Below, one piece after another: positions 40,736 through 54,221 of a stretch of 64,000 bases of DNA (position 1 is the first letter of the stretch; each line of letters opens with the position of its first letter). This stretch comes from Macrostomum hystrix (lineage: Eukaryota > Animalia > Platyhelminthes): positions 1,240,001 to 1,304,000 of the forward strand of contig CATNEN010000034.1 in the NCBI GenBank assembly GCA_950097015.1. Direction: 5' to 3'. The notes beneath the pieces are model-generated. The model did not search any database. It was given only the letters and a program-made list of their open reading frames with translations, and was not told the DNA's origin. The position numbers and the translations under genes were made by a program.

Positions 40736-42189
40736 CACCCGCCAAATTTAACAGATCACCCCTTGTGTTCCAGAGATCGTGCACCCTGTCACTTTGCCAT
40801 AAGTTGACTAAAAGCTGTTTATGGTTTGCCTTTTAGCACAATGGCTTGACCAGAGCTGCTGAAACTTTCACTTGATTGACAACTCAGACTCAAATTATCG
40901 AACACATGGATCCAGTTCGCGTCCAGAAACCTGTCAGCGAGTTTGACAGGCTTCAAAAATTTGTTTGGCTATAGTTTTTTTTCTTTCATAGCGGTCAGCA
41001 CAATTATATGTTTAGTACGCTCAGCAACCTAGGGATATGTGGACCAGCACAGTTTTAGTGTCAATCAATCTGTTTATAATTGGCTGTGACAGAGCTCACC
41101 TGGCCTGACTGAGTCTTGGCACGTAATATTGAGCAGCTTATTATTATGAACGTATTTTGGTCGGATCCTCGTCAACACAATCACGAATATAGATTGACAG
41201 TTTGACTTCAGAATCAATAAGTTTAATGGCATTTAGTCCGTCTGTGTGGAATATTGAGGGCTTTTTGTGAAGTTATTGGCATCATAACACATACGTGCTG
41301 CACGGCTGGTTTATGGTCGAATCAGAAGGGTTCTTAGTTTGATTTCTATATACTCAATCTGAGCCCGCTGGGACCTAACTCCGACATTCAACTTTAAACG
41401 GCCCGACGCAAAGAAAGGGAAAATCGGGCCGATTTATTCCCGACTTTCATCTTGTTGGGGCGTCGGTGCCGTCGGGTCGATTTTGGCCAGACGAAAGTCG
41501 CAAACAAAAGATGAAAAACGGATCGACATTCACCTTCGTACGATTTTCATCGGTTTTTGTCGGACCAAAAGTGAAAAATCGGCCCGAGAAAATCGACGAC
41601 TCATCGATTTTTCAAAAAACCGTAACGACAACTCGACTTTCACCCAAAATAACTCCGACTTTCACCTGTGTAGAAATATAACGATGTATATCCGTCCGAT
41701 TTTCATCGATATTCAGCTGTACATGTACATGCTTATCAAATAGAGACTCTAGTTGGCGTTTTGACTAGGAGGGAATCTGAAGAGTAGTACGAAACTCGTG
41801 TGGAAATAGAAAACATAGAAAATTGCCTAATACGATCTGCGTACGCAACGGCAAAAAAAGTTAAAAGACAGTACACTGTAGACAAGATCGTGTCGCGATC
41901 AGGAGACCTTTTTCAGGAGATTTTTTTGCACTGCTCACAGTTATTTTGTTAGTGTAATTATAATGGCACTTGTTTACTATAAATACTAAGAACCGTCGGA
42001 AAATATAATCTGCATTCCTGTTGATTGCATGCTGGCGTTTAGAAACTGGTAGGTAGCCAAAGCAAGGTAAAAAACTGTTTAAGCATTAAACGAGGAATGA
42101 AATTCGGGTGAGAGTCGTGGAAAAATCGGTCCAAAACTTTCCCGACAGTCAGCCGATTTTGATCTGACAAAGTGCAGATGAAATTCGGC

Positions 42190-42632
42190 TCCTGAGATTC
42201 AGTGACAGGTGAAATAACTACAGCATCCTGAGATTCAGTGACAGGTGAAATCACTACAGATCCTGAGATTCAGTGACAGGTGAAATCACTACAGCATCCT
42301 GAGATTCAGTGACAGGTGAAATCACTACCACATCCTGAGATTCAGTGACAGGTGAAATCACTACCACATCCTGAGATTCAGTGACAGGTAAAATCACTAC
42401 AGCATCCTGAGATTCAGTGACAGGTGAAATCACTACAGATCCTGAGATTCAGTGACAGGTGAAATCACTACAGCATCCTGAGATTCAGTGACAGGTGAAA
42501 TCACTACCACATCCTGAGATTCAGTGACAGGTGAAATCACTACCACATCCTGAGATTCAGTGACAGGTAAAATCACTACAGCATCCTGAGATTCAGTGAC
42601 AGGTGAAATCACTACAGCATCCTGAGATTCAG
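42190..42632. repeat. 36-bp minisatellite (tcctgagattcagtgacaggtgaaatcactacagca)n
   Basis: About 12 copies seen directly. Confidence 0.95.
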
Positions 42633-43076
42633 AGGTCCACAGTAAAGCTACCACCCCAACTATTCGATTTTTAAGCAGCACTCGGCAATTCGCTTTGCAT
42701 AAAAATAACTAATTAGATCAAGAGGCCCAGTGCCTTGCTGAATAGTGTCAATGCTGAACTCTCGAAGAGTCTTTGAAAAATTGGGCAGAAATAATTGCAC
42801 AGGGAAACAAGAGAAATGAATAACTTGGCGGCTCGCGTGTTCGAGCGAAGCTCACGCCACCCACGAGTCGACCTCAGAGCTGTGGCTAATTGAATTGAAC
42901 TCGAAAATCTGACTTTTTTAGCCCGACAAACTGAGCCCACACGGACAAGCTTCCTGTATAGGCTTTGATGCTGAATTGAGACTGCTCAAAGCTTGGTAGA
43001 ATGTTTTTTATTTATGTTTTATGGTTATCTGGTCAGGGTGAATATTGAAATTCACCCTGAAATCCTGACCAAATAA

Positions 43077-43575
43077 TACAGACAGGCAGACAGACAGACA
43101 GGCAGGCAGACAGACAGACAGACAGACAGACAGGCAGGCAGACAGACAGACAGACAGACAGGCAGGCAGGCAGACAGACAGACAGACAGACAGGCAGGCA
43201 GGCAGACAGACAGACAGACAGGCAGACAGACAGACAGACAGGCAGACAGACAGACAGACAGACAGGCAGGCAGACAGACAGGCAGGCAGACAGACAGACA
43301 GACAGACAGACAGGCAGGCAGGCAGACAGACCGACAGGCAGGCAGACAGACAGACAGACAGGCAGACAGGCAGGCAGGCAGACAGACCGACAGACAGGCA
43401 GACAGGCAGGCAGACAGACAGGCAGGCAGACAGACCGACAGACAGGCAGACAGGCAGGCAGACAGACAGGCAGGCAGGCAGACAGACCGACAGACAGGCA
43501 GACAGACCGACAGACAGGCAGACAGACAGACAGGCAGGCAGGCAGACAGGCAGACAGACAGACAGACAGGCAGGC

Positions 43576-43618
<43 letters not shown>

Positions 43619-43620
43619 TA
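43077..43620. repeat. (GACA/GGCA)n compound microsatellite
   Basis: Seen directly. Confidence 0.95.
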
Positions 43621-44609
43621 AATATTATCGGAATTGAATATTGCATACCGCATGTTTATCGTATAATAAAATGTTCAAGCAAGTACTTCTCAGGTATCGT
43701 CAAGTGTTTTCTGTGTTGATATCCAAGCTCAGACACACAGTTGAGTGGTGCCCAGTTTAATGATTTTGCTAATAGTTATCAAAGTGCGGTTGGAGACAGA
43801 TAGAAGAGAATAATAGAATGGATAGGCGAGGCGGTTTCAGAAAAAAACAAACATGGCATGCACCTGCACGCAAGACAATGGTCTGCGCTCATTCTTTACA
43901 ACTTTATTTAATGAGAAATCTGAGCTATTTGAACGGCGCAAACTGTGTAGTTATAAGCCTCTGCGGCTGCGTGTGAGCCGAGAGAGCCCGTCTCTAACCT
44001 TTACAAAATAATTGATCATTTCTTATTGGCGGCAATATGCTAGAACTGTCTTTAAGCCACAATTAAAAAAAAATCTTTTAAAGATATGTTTGTTGACAAT
44101 AGCGTCTGGGGCGACTTATTTATGACTCAAAGGACGTATAATGAGTACAGTATGAATAAAATTGAATTGTAATGGAAAGATAATGCAAAGAAAAGATCTA
44201 TTTAAGACAGTCAGTCTATTGTAATGCGTTAATTGTTCACAGACAAATAAATATATACAGCCTCTATTGATGTGTAATTTATTTGAAACTAGTTCTACAT
44301 CAACCCCACCCAGACACAAGGTGACACACAGTTCGCACGAAACACAATGCGACTGTGTTTGGGATAGACAAAAAAGATACAATGGCTTACAACAAATTAG
44401 CCTTTTGTCATTCAATTCGCTGCGACCATATAGTCAAGTCTGTAAAAGCTCGTTCATTTTAACCATTGCACCACGTATTAAATAGCTGCAATTGTATTTA
44501 TTTCTAAATAAATATATACTTGCTGAAATGAAATGAAAGACAAAAATGTTAATAAAAAATACAATTTAATTAAATAGAATACAATGGAATATTTGAATAG
44601 CAGAGGCCA

Positions 44610-44725
44610 AGAATGGTTTGCATTGGTTAAATGCAGGCTAAGATAGGCCCTCATCAGCACTGGGTCTGTCTGCACCAGCTCTCAGCCAATGGCGAGCGGC
44701 CCCGCCCATTGCCACCCAATCCCAG
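44610..44725 (+). promoter_or_regulatory. Probable SoxB2 proximal promoter (CCAAT boxes and a GC box)
   Basis: gcattggtt, agccaatgg, ggccccgccc and cccaatcc cluster about 190-290 bp upstream of the ATG. Confidence 0.5.
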
Positions 44726-44909
44726 TACTGATCCGCGCTCTCCCCAGACACACGCTCACGCACACACACCGGCAGCAACAACAAACTCGGACATTTAAGC
44801 TGTCAAACTTAGTCGCTCTCGTCTCTGCTTTCAAGGCTTCGCAGTAGCAAATTGTCTGGGCTAGCTAGAGCATATCGTTGATCTTTCTGTACAATATTCT
44901 CACATAGCA

Positions 44910-47173
44910 ATGTCACTGATGGCCCACACAGTGCAGGAGATGCTCAACTTGCAAGCTGCCGCAGTGGCTGCAGCCGCTGCCGCTGCCGCCGCCGCCACAT
45001 CAACATCGTCACCGAATACCTCGGCAGTTATCTCAGCGATGCCCGCGGCGTCGTCGAGATCGTCGGGCATGCCGCCACAGCCACCGTCGTTGCTGCAGCC
45101 GATGCCCCAGCTGCCGACATCCTTCGCAGCGAGCGCCGGCAGCCATCTATCAGTTCGGATGGACATCGGCTCAGACGAGGACGACGTCGAGGATGACGAC
45201 ATGGATGGCGACATCTATGGCCGCGTCGGCTCCAGCGGCATCGGCGGCGGCGATCCTGGAGGCAGCGGCAGCGGCGGGCTGCTCCACGACAGCCACGTGA
45301 AGCGGCCGATGAATGCCTTCATGGTGTGGAGCCGCGGCCAGCGCCGCAAGATGGCCCAGGAGAACCCGAAGATGCACAACTCGGAGATCAGCAAGCGGCT
45401 TGGCGCCGAGTGGAAGCTGCTCACTGACGAGGACAAGCGGCCATTCATTGACGAAGCCAAGCGGCTGCGCGCCATCCACATGAAGGAGCACCCGGATTAC
45501 AAGTACAGGCCGAGGCGGAAGCCTAAGAGTCTGGTGAAGAAGGAGCGCTACTATCCCATACCGGTGATGCCAGGTATGTCCTCAATATCAATAGACCAGG
45601 TTGAATTCATCGACATTCAGAATAGATTTCCCATGAACTCAGTATCGAGACTTATCCCTCTAATTAAATATCGCATTATTCCGCTTTGGCTACAATCGCG
45701 CTAACCGCATTTCGTTTTAAGTGTCTCGCAAGTGTCGCATTGGGAATATTAATTGAGCACATTTAGTTGCTGTGCTCATTGCTGGAGCATTCCGATACAA
45801 TGCCTTCTGTAGCAAAGCCGTTGCAACTGCTATATCTGCATATATTCATGTATAGATTGGCTACTTACTTTCCCAACAGACTGGTTGTGTATCTTTATTG
45901 ACGCGAATGAATTCAGTTTATTAATTTTATTTATTAGAGCCATTCAAAGCCCACTTACATTCATGGAGCATTATATGGAGCATTATATGTGTGCCTTAAA
46001 AAGTAGCTTTATACAGGGCAGGCGATAATCTGCAAAAATCATTTCTTTGATTTGGAAACCAATTTTGTATGCCTTCAGCAGCAGAATAATCAAATGTGGA
46101 AAATTTTGACATCCTAGCTTATATAAACTTAAGTTTATCTAATTCCTCTGGGAATGAATCGAATCGCCAAGCAGGGGTGACATTTAGATACCGCGTGTGT
46201 GCGTGGAGGGGAGAAAGATCCCCTATGGGAGTCACTCTATGGCATTTTAATCCACAGCCATCATTTGTTGATTAACTTTTCTAAAACTTTTTATTTCAAC
46301 AAAAAGTCATCTTTTTTCAAGCTATAGGCACCCTGTGTGTTACCAACAAACTTATCTCTCTGATAAAGTACTGGCTGTAGTTCGATCAGTTGATAAACTT
46401 TAACAGATAAGCTTCGCAAAAAACCTACTTTTTAGTAAATTCTACCTTTTAAAGGTCTAGCTCCACCGCTGCCGCCGCCACCGCTGCCGTCGCATTTCGC
46501 CGCCGGGCTGCTCTGCCACCCGATGAGCTTTGCCGGGTCCGGGCATCATCCGGCCGAGGCTCTGCTAGCCATGGAGAAGGCTCGGGCCATGGTGGCGGGA
46601 ATTCCGAACTTCTATCCGCCTGTCAGTATGGCCTCCGCCCATCAGCACCAGCTCCAGCAGCAGCTCCAGCACCAGCAGCAGTTCCAGCACCAGCACCAGC
46701 TCCAGCATCAGCACCGCCATCATCCCAACTCATCGGCTGCGGAACAACTGTCACAGCAGTTCTACGGTAGCTATGTAGCGGCCGCAGCCGCCGCAGCAGC
46801 TATGTTGCCACCAGGCTATGGTCCGCCGCCGCCACTGCCCCCAATGCCGGCTATGACTAGCAGCAGCAGCAGCAGCAGCAACAACACTTGGTTTTCGGCT
46901 GCGGCCGCGGCGGCCGCCGCAGCAGCCGCCGTTTCAACGGCGTCAACAACGGATACAGAACCTAGCGCGCCGCCGACGCCTCCGACATCTTCGGGGTCGA
47001 GTTCGGCTGCGGCGGCCGCCGCTGCTGCCGCGGCTGCGGCCGACTTTCAAAAGTCTCTAGCCGCCTATAGCATGCTGCTGCAGGCCGCGGCTGCTGCAGC
47101 AACCGCCTCGGGCAAGCCCGAAGCCGCGGGCTCTTCTGGTGCTTCGCCGCCTCTGTCGAGATCCTTGATGTGA
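44910..47173 (+). CDS. SoxB2-group HMG-box transcription factor (Sox14/Sox21-like)
   Basis: Exons 44910-45573 and 46455-47173 join in frame (phase 1). [46 protein letters not shown]...[16 protein letters not shown]; the PK motif and downstream EKARA motif match SoxB2. Confidence 0.92.
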
Positions 47174-47940
47174 CTGACTTCGCTTCTGTTGCGTTCTGAT
47201 CGGTTCTGGTGAATGCGGATAACTAACCAAATCTAGTCACTAGTATGGGCCATTGTGTTTGTGATGATTAATCCATAATCTAAAATTTATACTCGCTCGC
47301 ACCTGGAAATGGTTGCATGCCTGTGACCCTCCTGCTTATAGCCAGTGTTTTACTATGTACATGCAGATTCGCTTGTACCACCCCCAACCGGTACACTGGT
47401 ACAATGGCCATCTTGATGTCTTGAATGCTTCTTGAAGTTTTCGCCCGTGTCTGTGTGGACTCTCTTGCCTGCAAAGCCTCCAGAGTTGGAGGTCGCAGAA
47501 GCCAGTGTACCTTGCTGCCCGCACTAATTAATTCACTTTATTGCTTTTAACCAACTCAGACACAATTTGAGAATTAATGCTTAACCCGCTCCCTCCTTTC
47601 TCATTGTGTTTTTATCCACTGCAGCCACATGCTGGTGGGCCGGCATTGTTTCAGATGGGGATCTAGTCCCCACCCTTAACCATCCAGCGATCCCAGTAGT
47701 GTTGTGCTTGAGCACAAGTTTAGAATATTGCTTACTTCATGCAAGTGTCATCATGTGTTAAACTACCGATGCAAATTTGAGTCAAATTCACGGGCCCTTA
47801 GGCCTTTGTTTAGTCCACTCCGCTTGATGAAATGCTGCTACCTGAATTTGGAATTGAGTCAGAAACTTTAATTAGATGCACTGTACATATTCCTTTTTTA
47901 TTTGCCTGTTTGATTGTAAGTTGTAACCTCCCTTGTTAAT

Positions 47941-48270
47941 GTACACTGCTGCGTCTCCATTGGCTGGCTCACCGGTGTACATTTGCATGTGATGTGCACT
48001 GCTGTGTTTCCATTGGCTGGCTCACCGGTGTACATTTGCATGTGATGTGCACTGCTGTGTTTCCATTGGCTGGCTCACCGGTGTACATTTGCATGTGATG
48101 TACACTGCTGTGTTTCCATTGGCTGGCTCACCGGTGTACATTTGCATGTGATGTACACTGCTGTGTTTCCATTGGCTGGCTCACCGGTGTACATTTGCAT
48201 GTGATGTGCACTGCTGTGTTTCCATTGGCTGGCTCACCGGTGTACATTTGCATGTGATGTACACTTCTGT
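47941..48270. repeat. 53-bp tandem repeat, 6 copies, downstream of SoxB2
   Basis: Unit gtacactgctgtgtttccattggctggctcaccggtgtacatttgcatgtgat. Confidence 0.95.
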
Positions 48271-49997
48271 GTCCATAACTTCTTGTGTCCATTCAATGGA
48301 TTAGCTAAAATTTTAGTTTTTCAGTTTCTAAATTATTTCTGTACACATGACTAACCCTATATTGATTTCCCCGCTTCGCTCTTTCCCTACTCGTTGATGC
48401 TTTTTTGAAGTTCTAGAAATCCTGATTCTAATTATTAAGGAAATAAATATGTTTAATATCCGGATAACATTGTTTAAATTTACTCGAAATACTTCAAATG
48501 GCTGCTAATTCTTGGACCTCTGTAATTTCATCCAAAGGCGATGAAATTACAAAAAATAGCTGAAGGGATTCTGAGGGAATCGCATGGTCATTAATCCAGC
48601 CGAGCTTCTCAGTTCGGCAAAGCCCAATATAAGACGATAATGGCTTACAATATTGTTCTGGGCTGTAAAACCAAGCCAAGTTTATAACAGCTTCTTGAAC
48701 AGATTTTACCGTTTAATTGGCACTTCACTTTCTACAGTGGCTGCACCTTATAAATAACACCGTACACGCTTCCTTTGTTGCAGTGGGCATGAGGGCATGT
48801 GACCCAGACACACTTGTCAAGCCTGAATTATGCATTTACCCATAAAAAACTGTTGCAAGAGATTAATTAAGCTGAAGAAGGTTTTATCGGCTATTTTACA
48901 GCTTGGGATAAACAAAAAATTCATGCCCGAATTAAAGTCAAATGGTTGGGAGGCTGTAATATGCAGTCTGTGTAATTTTTTCTGCATTCTAGTTGCTGCT
49001 TTAGGTCTGTTAAAAACAAAAAACCACACACTGCGTGAGGAGAAAAGTTGAACAAATTAAGCTATCCACCATGAGCTAATCAATGGGTAAAAACATCCGA
49101 CAATGATTTCTGTACTAAAACAAAAAAAAACTTAAATACTATAAGTTAGTTATCAAGTTTTTTGTTTCATAATAAAAAACTTGCACGAATTTTAATTCAA
49201 AGCTACATTTACCTACATTATCTTCTTAAGCTATAGAAACTTTGGACTCTAAATTGCAGCTCAATGCATGATAGCGCATGACTCAACTGTAAGCTCAGCT
49301 GCTGCTGCTGCTGCTGACAATGGGAGATGAGGAGTTCATTGTCTTTCAGAACAAAGCATTCACTGATGCAGCAATCAATGGGGGTGGGTGGAGGAGGTAG
49401 TGGCAAAGGCATCAGTCAATAATATAAACATTGCAAATTGAAGCTGGTAGGCTGATAAATTTATTTGCTTCCCATTCTGGTCTCCGGGGAGGGGTATCGC
49501 CTGGTAGAAGTTTTGTGCGCGGCAGCAGTTAGCTTGACAGGCGTCTGAAAAACAGAAATAAAAGCATAATATAATGCTTCCACAATAAGCCGCATTGTCA
49601 TTCGCATTGTTCAATCTTCAACAATGGGTAGTCGGTGCCGCGGTATAAGGGTTCTGGGCGGTCTGATGATTGAGATATCTGATGGCCAGGGTTTGGTCAC
49701 ACTGGCAGTGCAATTACAGAATACATGCATGTCCATGGCGATCCCCACCAGCTCCCATATCCCTGGGAGATATTTTTCTATCTAAAAAACACAATAATAA
49801 ATTGTCTCCTCAGATCATGCTTTTATGTTTTTTGTTGTCTAAACCAGAGTCCGATAGTTTCATATTAGTCGCAAATCTGATATCTGCTTGCATTGTGCTT
49901 GACGACTTTATCAAATTCTTCCTGCATTCTATTTCCCTTTGCTCATCATGCTTTCTCGTGATTTAGCTTCCACAATTCTTCTTGTCACTGAAAAACT

Positions 49998-50494
49998 GAA
50001 GGACTGACGGATCTAGCACTTTGGATTCCCTAAAGGACTGACGGATCTAGCACTTTGGTTAAAATATAGGACTGACGGATCTAGAACTTTGGATTCCCTA
50101 AAGGACTGACGGATCTAGCACTTTGGTTACAATAAAGGACTGAAGGATCTAGCACTTTGGGTTCTCAAAAGGACTGAAGGATCTAGCACTTTGGTTACAA
50201 TAAAGGACTGACGGATCTAGCACTTTGGTTACAATAAAGGACTGACGGATCTAGCACTTTGGTTACAATAAAGGACTGACGGATCTAGCACTTTGGTTAC
50301 AATAAAGGACTGACGGATCTAGCACTTTGGTTACAATAAAGGACTGACGGATCTAGCACTTTGGTTACAATAAAGGACTGACGGATCTAGCACTTTGGTT
50401 ACAATAAAGGACTGACGGATCTAGCACTTTGGTTACAATAAGGACTGAAGGATCTAGCACTTTGGTTACAATAAGGACTGAAGGATCTAGCACT
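49998..50494. repeat. 34-bp minisatellite (ggactgacggatctagcactttggttacaataaa)n
   Basis: About 14 copies seen directly. Confidence 0.95.
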
Positions 50495-51341
50495 TAAGTT
50501 AATATTTTCTTCTAGATATCCTCACAAAAGTAGAGAACTTGCTCAACTGAAGTTTGGCACACAGTGAGGTTCCTAATGAGTTTTTAGATGCCATCGGCAA
50601 GGCTGGACACTTTGCCTGCTGGAGCATCGCCAGTGAAGCGACCCCTCCAGAACTCAATAAGACATTTTTGCTTTGTCGACTTGTTGTGCCAATTGTGTTG
50701 CAGAACAAAGCCCATTTAGTACCGGCTTTATCCTGCCTAACTGCTTTGAAAGCAGCGAAGACGCGAACAATTGCAGGAACACTGGGCAGGTGGGATTTGG
50801 TGCTGAAAGACTGTTTCCTTCCCATCAGAATTTTTACTTTTCACTGGCGCTCTCTGCCCAGACAAGAAAGGGAAAACTTCAGCTTCAAGTCTTGGCACTT
50901 GTGAAAGCAGCAAACAGGCAAAGTGGGCCATCGCAAAGACATTGTCACTCAGCTCTGTTTGCCAAAGCAATCGCCTCAACAATATTGTGGGCTGATTTTC
51001 CTCGTTGACTCGCCCGACAAACCAAGCAGACACTTCTTAGTCATTGTTTCTCATCTTTTGCCAACTTCTCTTTTCCTTGCTGTCTTTTCTTATCTTTGTC
51101 ACTTGAAATTTGATTGACACTCCTGGGATCTGCGTGCGGAGCCCACAAACTTGCCGCAAATCGTCTGGGATTTCACTGTCGCTTCAACAGCATCAACAGC
51201 ACTTTAAGTGCCGGCTTTTATCTTCAAAGCTGACGAGGTCGGGTGCCTCCACCGTCGGGTCATAGCTCGATAGAGATCTGAAATTGCATTGCTGGAATCT
51301 GCAAAGTGAAAGGTATTTTAGAAACCTGAAAAACTATTAAA

Positions 51342-52085
51342 CTAGTGTGAGCACTAGTGTAACTAGATCAGTGTGAGCACTAGTACCTCGATTAGAGTGA
51401 GAACTAGTGTAACTAGATCAGTGTGAGCACTAGTACCTCAATTAGAGTGAGAACTAGTGTAACTAGATCAGTGTGAGAACTAGTAACTAGATCAGTGTGA
51501 GAACTAGTAACTAGATCAGTTTGAGAACTAGTAACTAGATCCGTGTGAGAACTAGTAACTAGATCAGTGTGAGAACTAGTAGTAACTAGATCAGTGTGAG
51601 AACTAGTAACTAGATCAGTGTGAGAACTAGTAACTAGATCAGTGTGAGAACTAGTAACTAGATCAGTGTGAGAACTAGTAACTAGATCAGTGTGAGAACT
51701 AGTAACTAGATCAGTGTGAGAACTAGTAACTAGATCAGTGTGAGAACTAGTAACTAGATCAGTGTGAGAACTAGTAACTAGATCAGTGTGAGAACTAGTA
51801 GTAACTAGATCAGTGTGAGAACTAGTAGTAACTAGATCAGTGTGAGAACTAGTAACTAGATCAGTGTGAGAACTAGTAACTAGATCAGTGTGAGAACTAG
51901 TAACTAGATCAGTGTGAGAACTAGTAACTAGATCAGTGTGAGAACTAGTAACTAGATCAGTGTGAGAACTAGTAACTAGATCAGTGTGAGAACTAGTAGT
52001 AACTAGATCAGTTTGAGAACTACAAGTAGTTACTAGATCAGTGTGAGAACTAGTAGTGACTACTCGTAGATCAGTGTGAGAACAC
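51342..52085. repeat. 24-bp minisatellite (actagtaactagatcagtgtgaga)n
   Basis: About 29 copies, with 27-bp variants. Confidence 0.95.
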
Positions 52086-54221
52086 ATGATACACATGGTT
52101 CAGAACACATGATAGTTTTGCGGCATTATAACTAGTAAATCAGATAAAAGCGAACCACAATTCTGTGTTCTGTGCTATTCTGTGCTAGACAGAATTCTGT
52201 GCTATCAATCTGAAGAAGACTGCTTTTTCTATGAGGCGTCAGAAGTCCTCTACCAGCTTTATAGTATCCGAGCATTTCGCAATAGTATTTTTTTATCGAG
52301 TGTCAATTTGGGCTTCACAAAATGTGAAAAAGCTGTTTCAACGGTTTATGGCATGGGAAATCTTTGCCTGCTAAGCCACCCGCCGAGCGGTTCGGCTTCT
52401 AATTGGGATGACCCACGCGCCGCCACACCAGCGGGGCATTGGGGGAGGATCGCGTGGGATTCGGCAAATTCTGAATCTGGCCGTCGGGGCTATGGCTGAC
52501 TGTCAGGGCCGGGTGCAGTCTCATTTTTAAAGGCATCAGTTTTCACGGCTTGAAGGCGTTGCGAACGAAACGAAATTAAGCTGTTATAGTGAAATCGATG
52601 AGGCTAAGCAGTGGCGCTTACACTGCACGCCTTGCTGGTGGTGTATGTTATTGCTGATCCTTTCTTGTTGTTCTAAGCGGCACCCCTGCAGCCGTGTTGC
52701 TTTCTCAGTCTCCCCCTCTCAATCTCTCCCATTTTCTCTTCCCCTTTCTTCCCGGCAAGCCGGCGGAGAATCTGCTTGGGCTGAAATAAAAGCGGCACAT
52801 GCAGGTGCTCCGTTGTTTACACTCGGCGGGCAATTAATCTTCGCTTCCATTGGAGCCAAAATAAAGGCGAGCTGAAGGAAGATAGAAGGGCCCAAATAGT
52901 AGAACTGCGTTTGGGATATTTCTCCCTAAACTGTGCACCACAATGTATGCTGCTTTTGCACTCTGTGGAAAAAAGTGGAGAACAGGGCTACAGACAATGG
53001 AAGACAGCTGATCGGCGATGGGATCCGCGTTGAGAATGGGATATTGCATCATGGATAGGACAAACTAATGGGATTTTAATCAACGCTAAATCCCAAAAAT
53101 AAATATGATTTTCTAATCCAACAGTGTAAAATCCAGTGTAACTAGAAACTTTTCTTCAAATTGAAAATGCCTAAAATTACAGCAACTCGAAAATTCTTTG
53201 GCGTAGATAAACAAAAAAGTTTAATATTTTCAAATTCGATGTTTTCTTGTCGGTTGCTGCTGTATATTGTTTAGACTCTAAAGAATTTGCGCCCTATTCA
53301 CACGGAGTCTTGGAAAGCAACTCGCAGACAATACTGCCAGATCTTTGCTAAAGAATGAATACACTGCGATAATATTGAATAGAGCTGCGAGCTCCGGCAT
53401 TCCAACAATGGAGGCTTAACGAGTGCTTGGCCTTGTATAGCTCCACTAGTCAGCATTGGATGAGAAAGCATATATTGCTGCAAATACTTAATTTCTGGCT
53501 GTTCAATTCTTTTGCATGACTCTTTTCAGTTCAAGCTAGACCTATTTTTTAGCTCTTCGAAGATAGAGGGAGAGAGCGAAAGGGAGAGAGGGAGGGGGAG
53601 AGGGAGGGGAAGGGGCAGGGCGCTTGTGAAAGGCAAACTAAATGACTTGCTTAATTCAGCAACAGACCACATCCCCGCTACTCCTGTGGGACTCGGACTA
53701 ACACACACACACACACACACACAGGCACACTTGACTCTGCCACTTCCCAATGCACGGGGCTCTATAGAGGGATAATTATTCGAGCACTGTATAGGGGGCC
53801 GGAAATTTTTCGCGCCGCAACGGCTGGTGGTGAGGACTCAGCCACGATTTTTAAAGGCGTCCCATTCCTGCCAGGTTCGCGAACGATCGTCTTACAAAGT
53901 TTCCTAGCTCTATCATTATTTTTTTCTTGCATCTCCCCCAAGAGACACTCGGAGCAATGAAAGGCCATTCATTCGTCCCTGATAGAAATTTTATCCCATT
54001 GGCAAAAAACTGCCGAACAAAAATTCCCAAAACGGTCGGTGGCATTACTTTTTTTACATTTGGGCGTAGCTGCTATTAAACTAATTTGCCTTTCAATTTT
54101 GTAGCCTTTTAGCAGCGCCAAACTTTTGCATCTCATATTTTACTGTTGCAAAAATATGGATACTGTTTTCTTGTTCATTTACTGAACGACACGGCTGACA
54201 CAGTGGAGGCAACTCAAAAGC

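Noticed and set aside
41370-42190. Degenerate transposon-end-like region with repeated ccgactttca motifs (similar pattern at 61090-61290 with gccgatatgtatcgaa)
   Set aside because: No definable TIR pair or TSD could be fixed, so it is not called as an element.
50499-51310. Cluster of 98-116 aa ORFs and an acceptor-like site on the minus strand downstream of SoxB2
   Set aside because: No recognisable domain and no exon chain could be built; a lncRNA exon cannot be excluded without RNA data.
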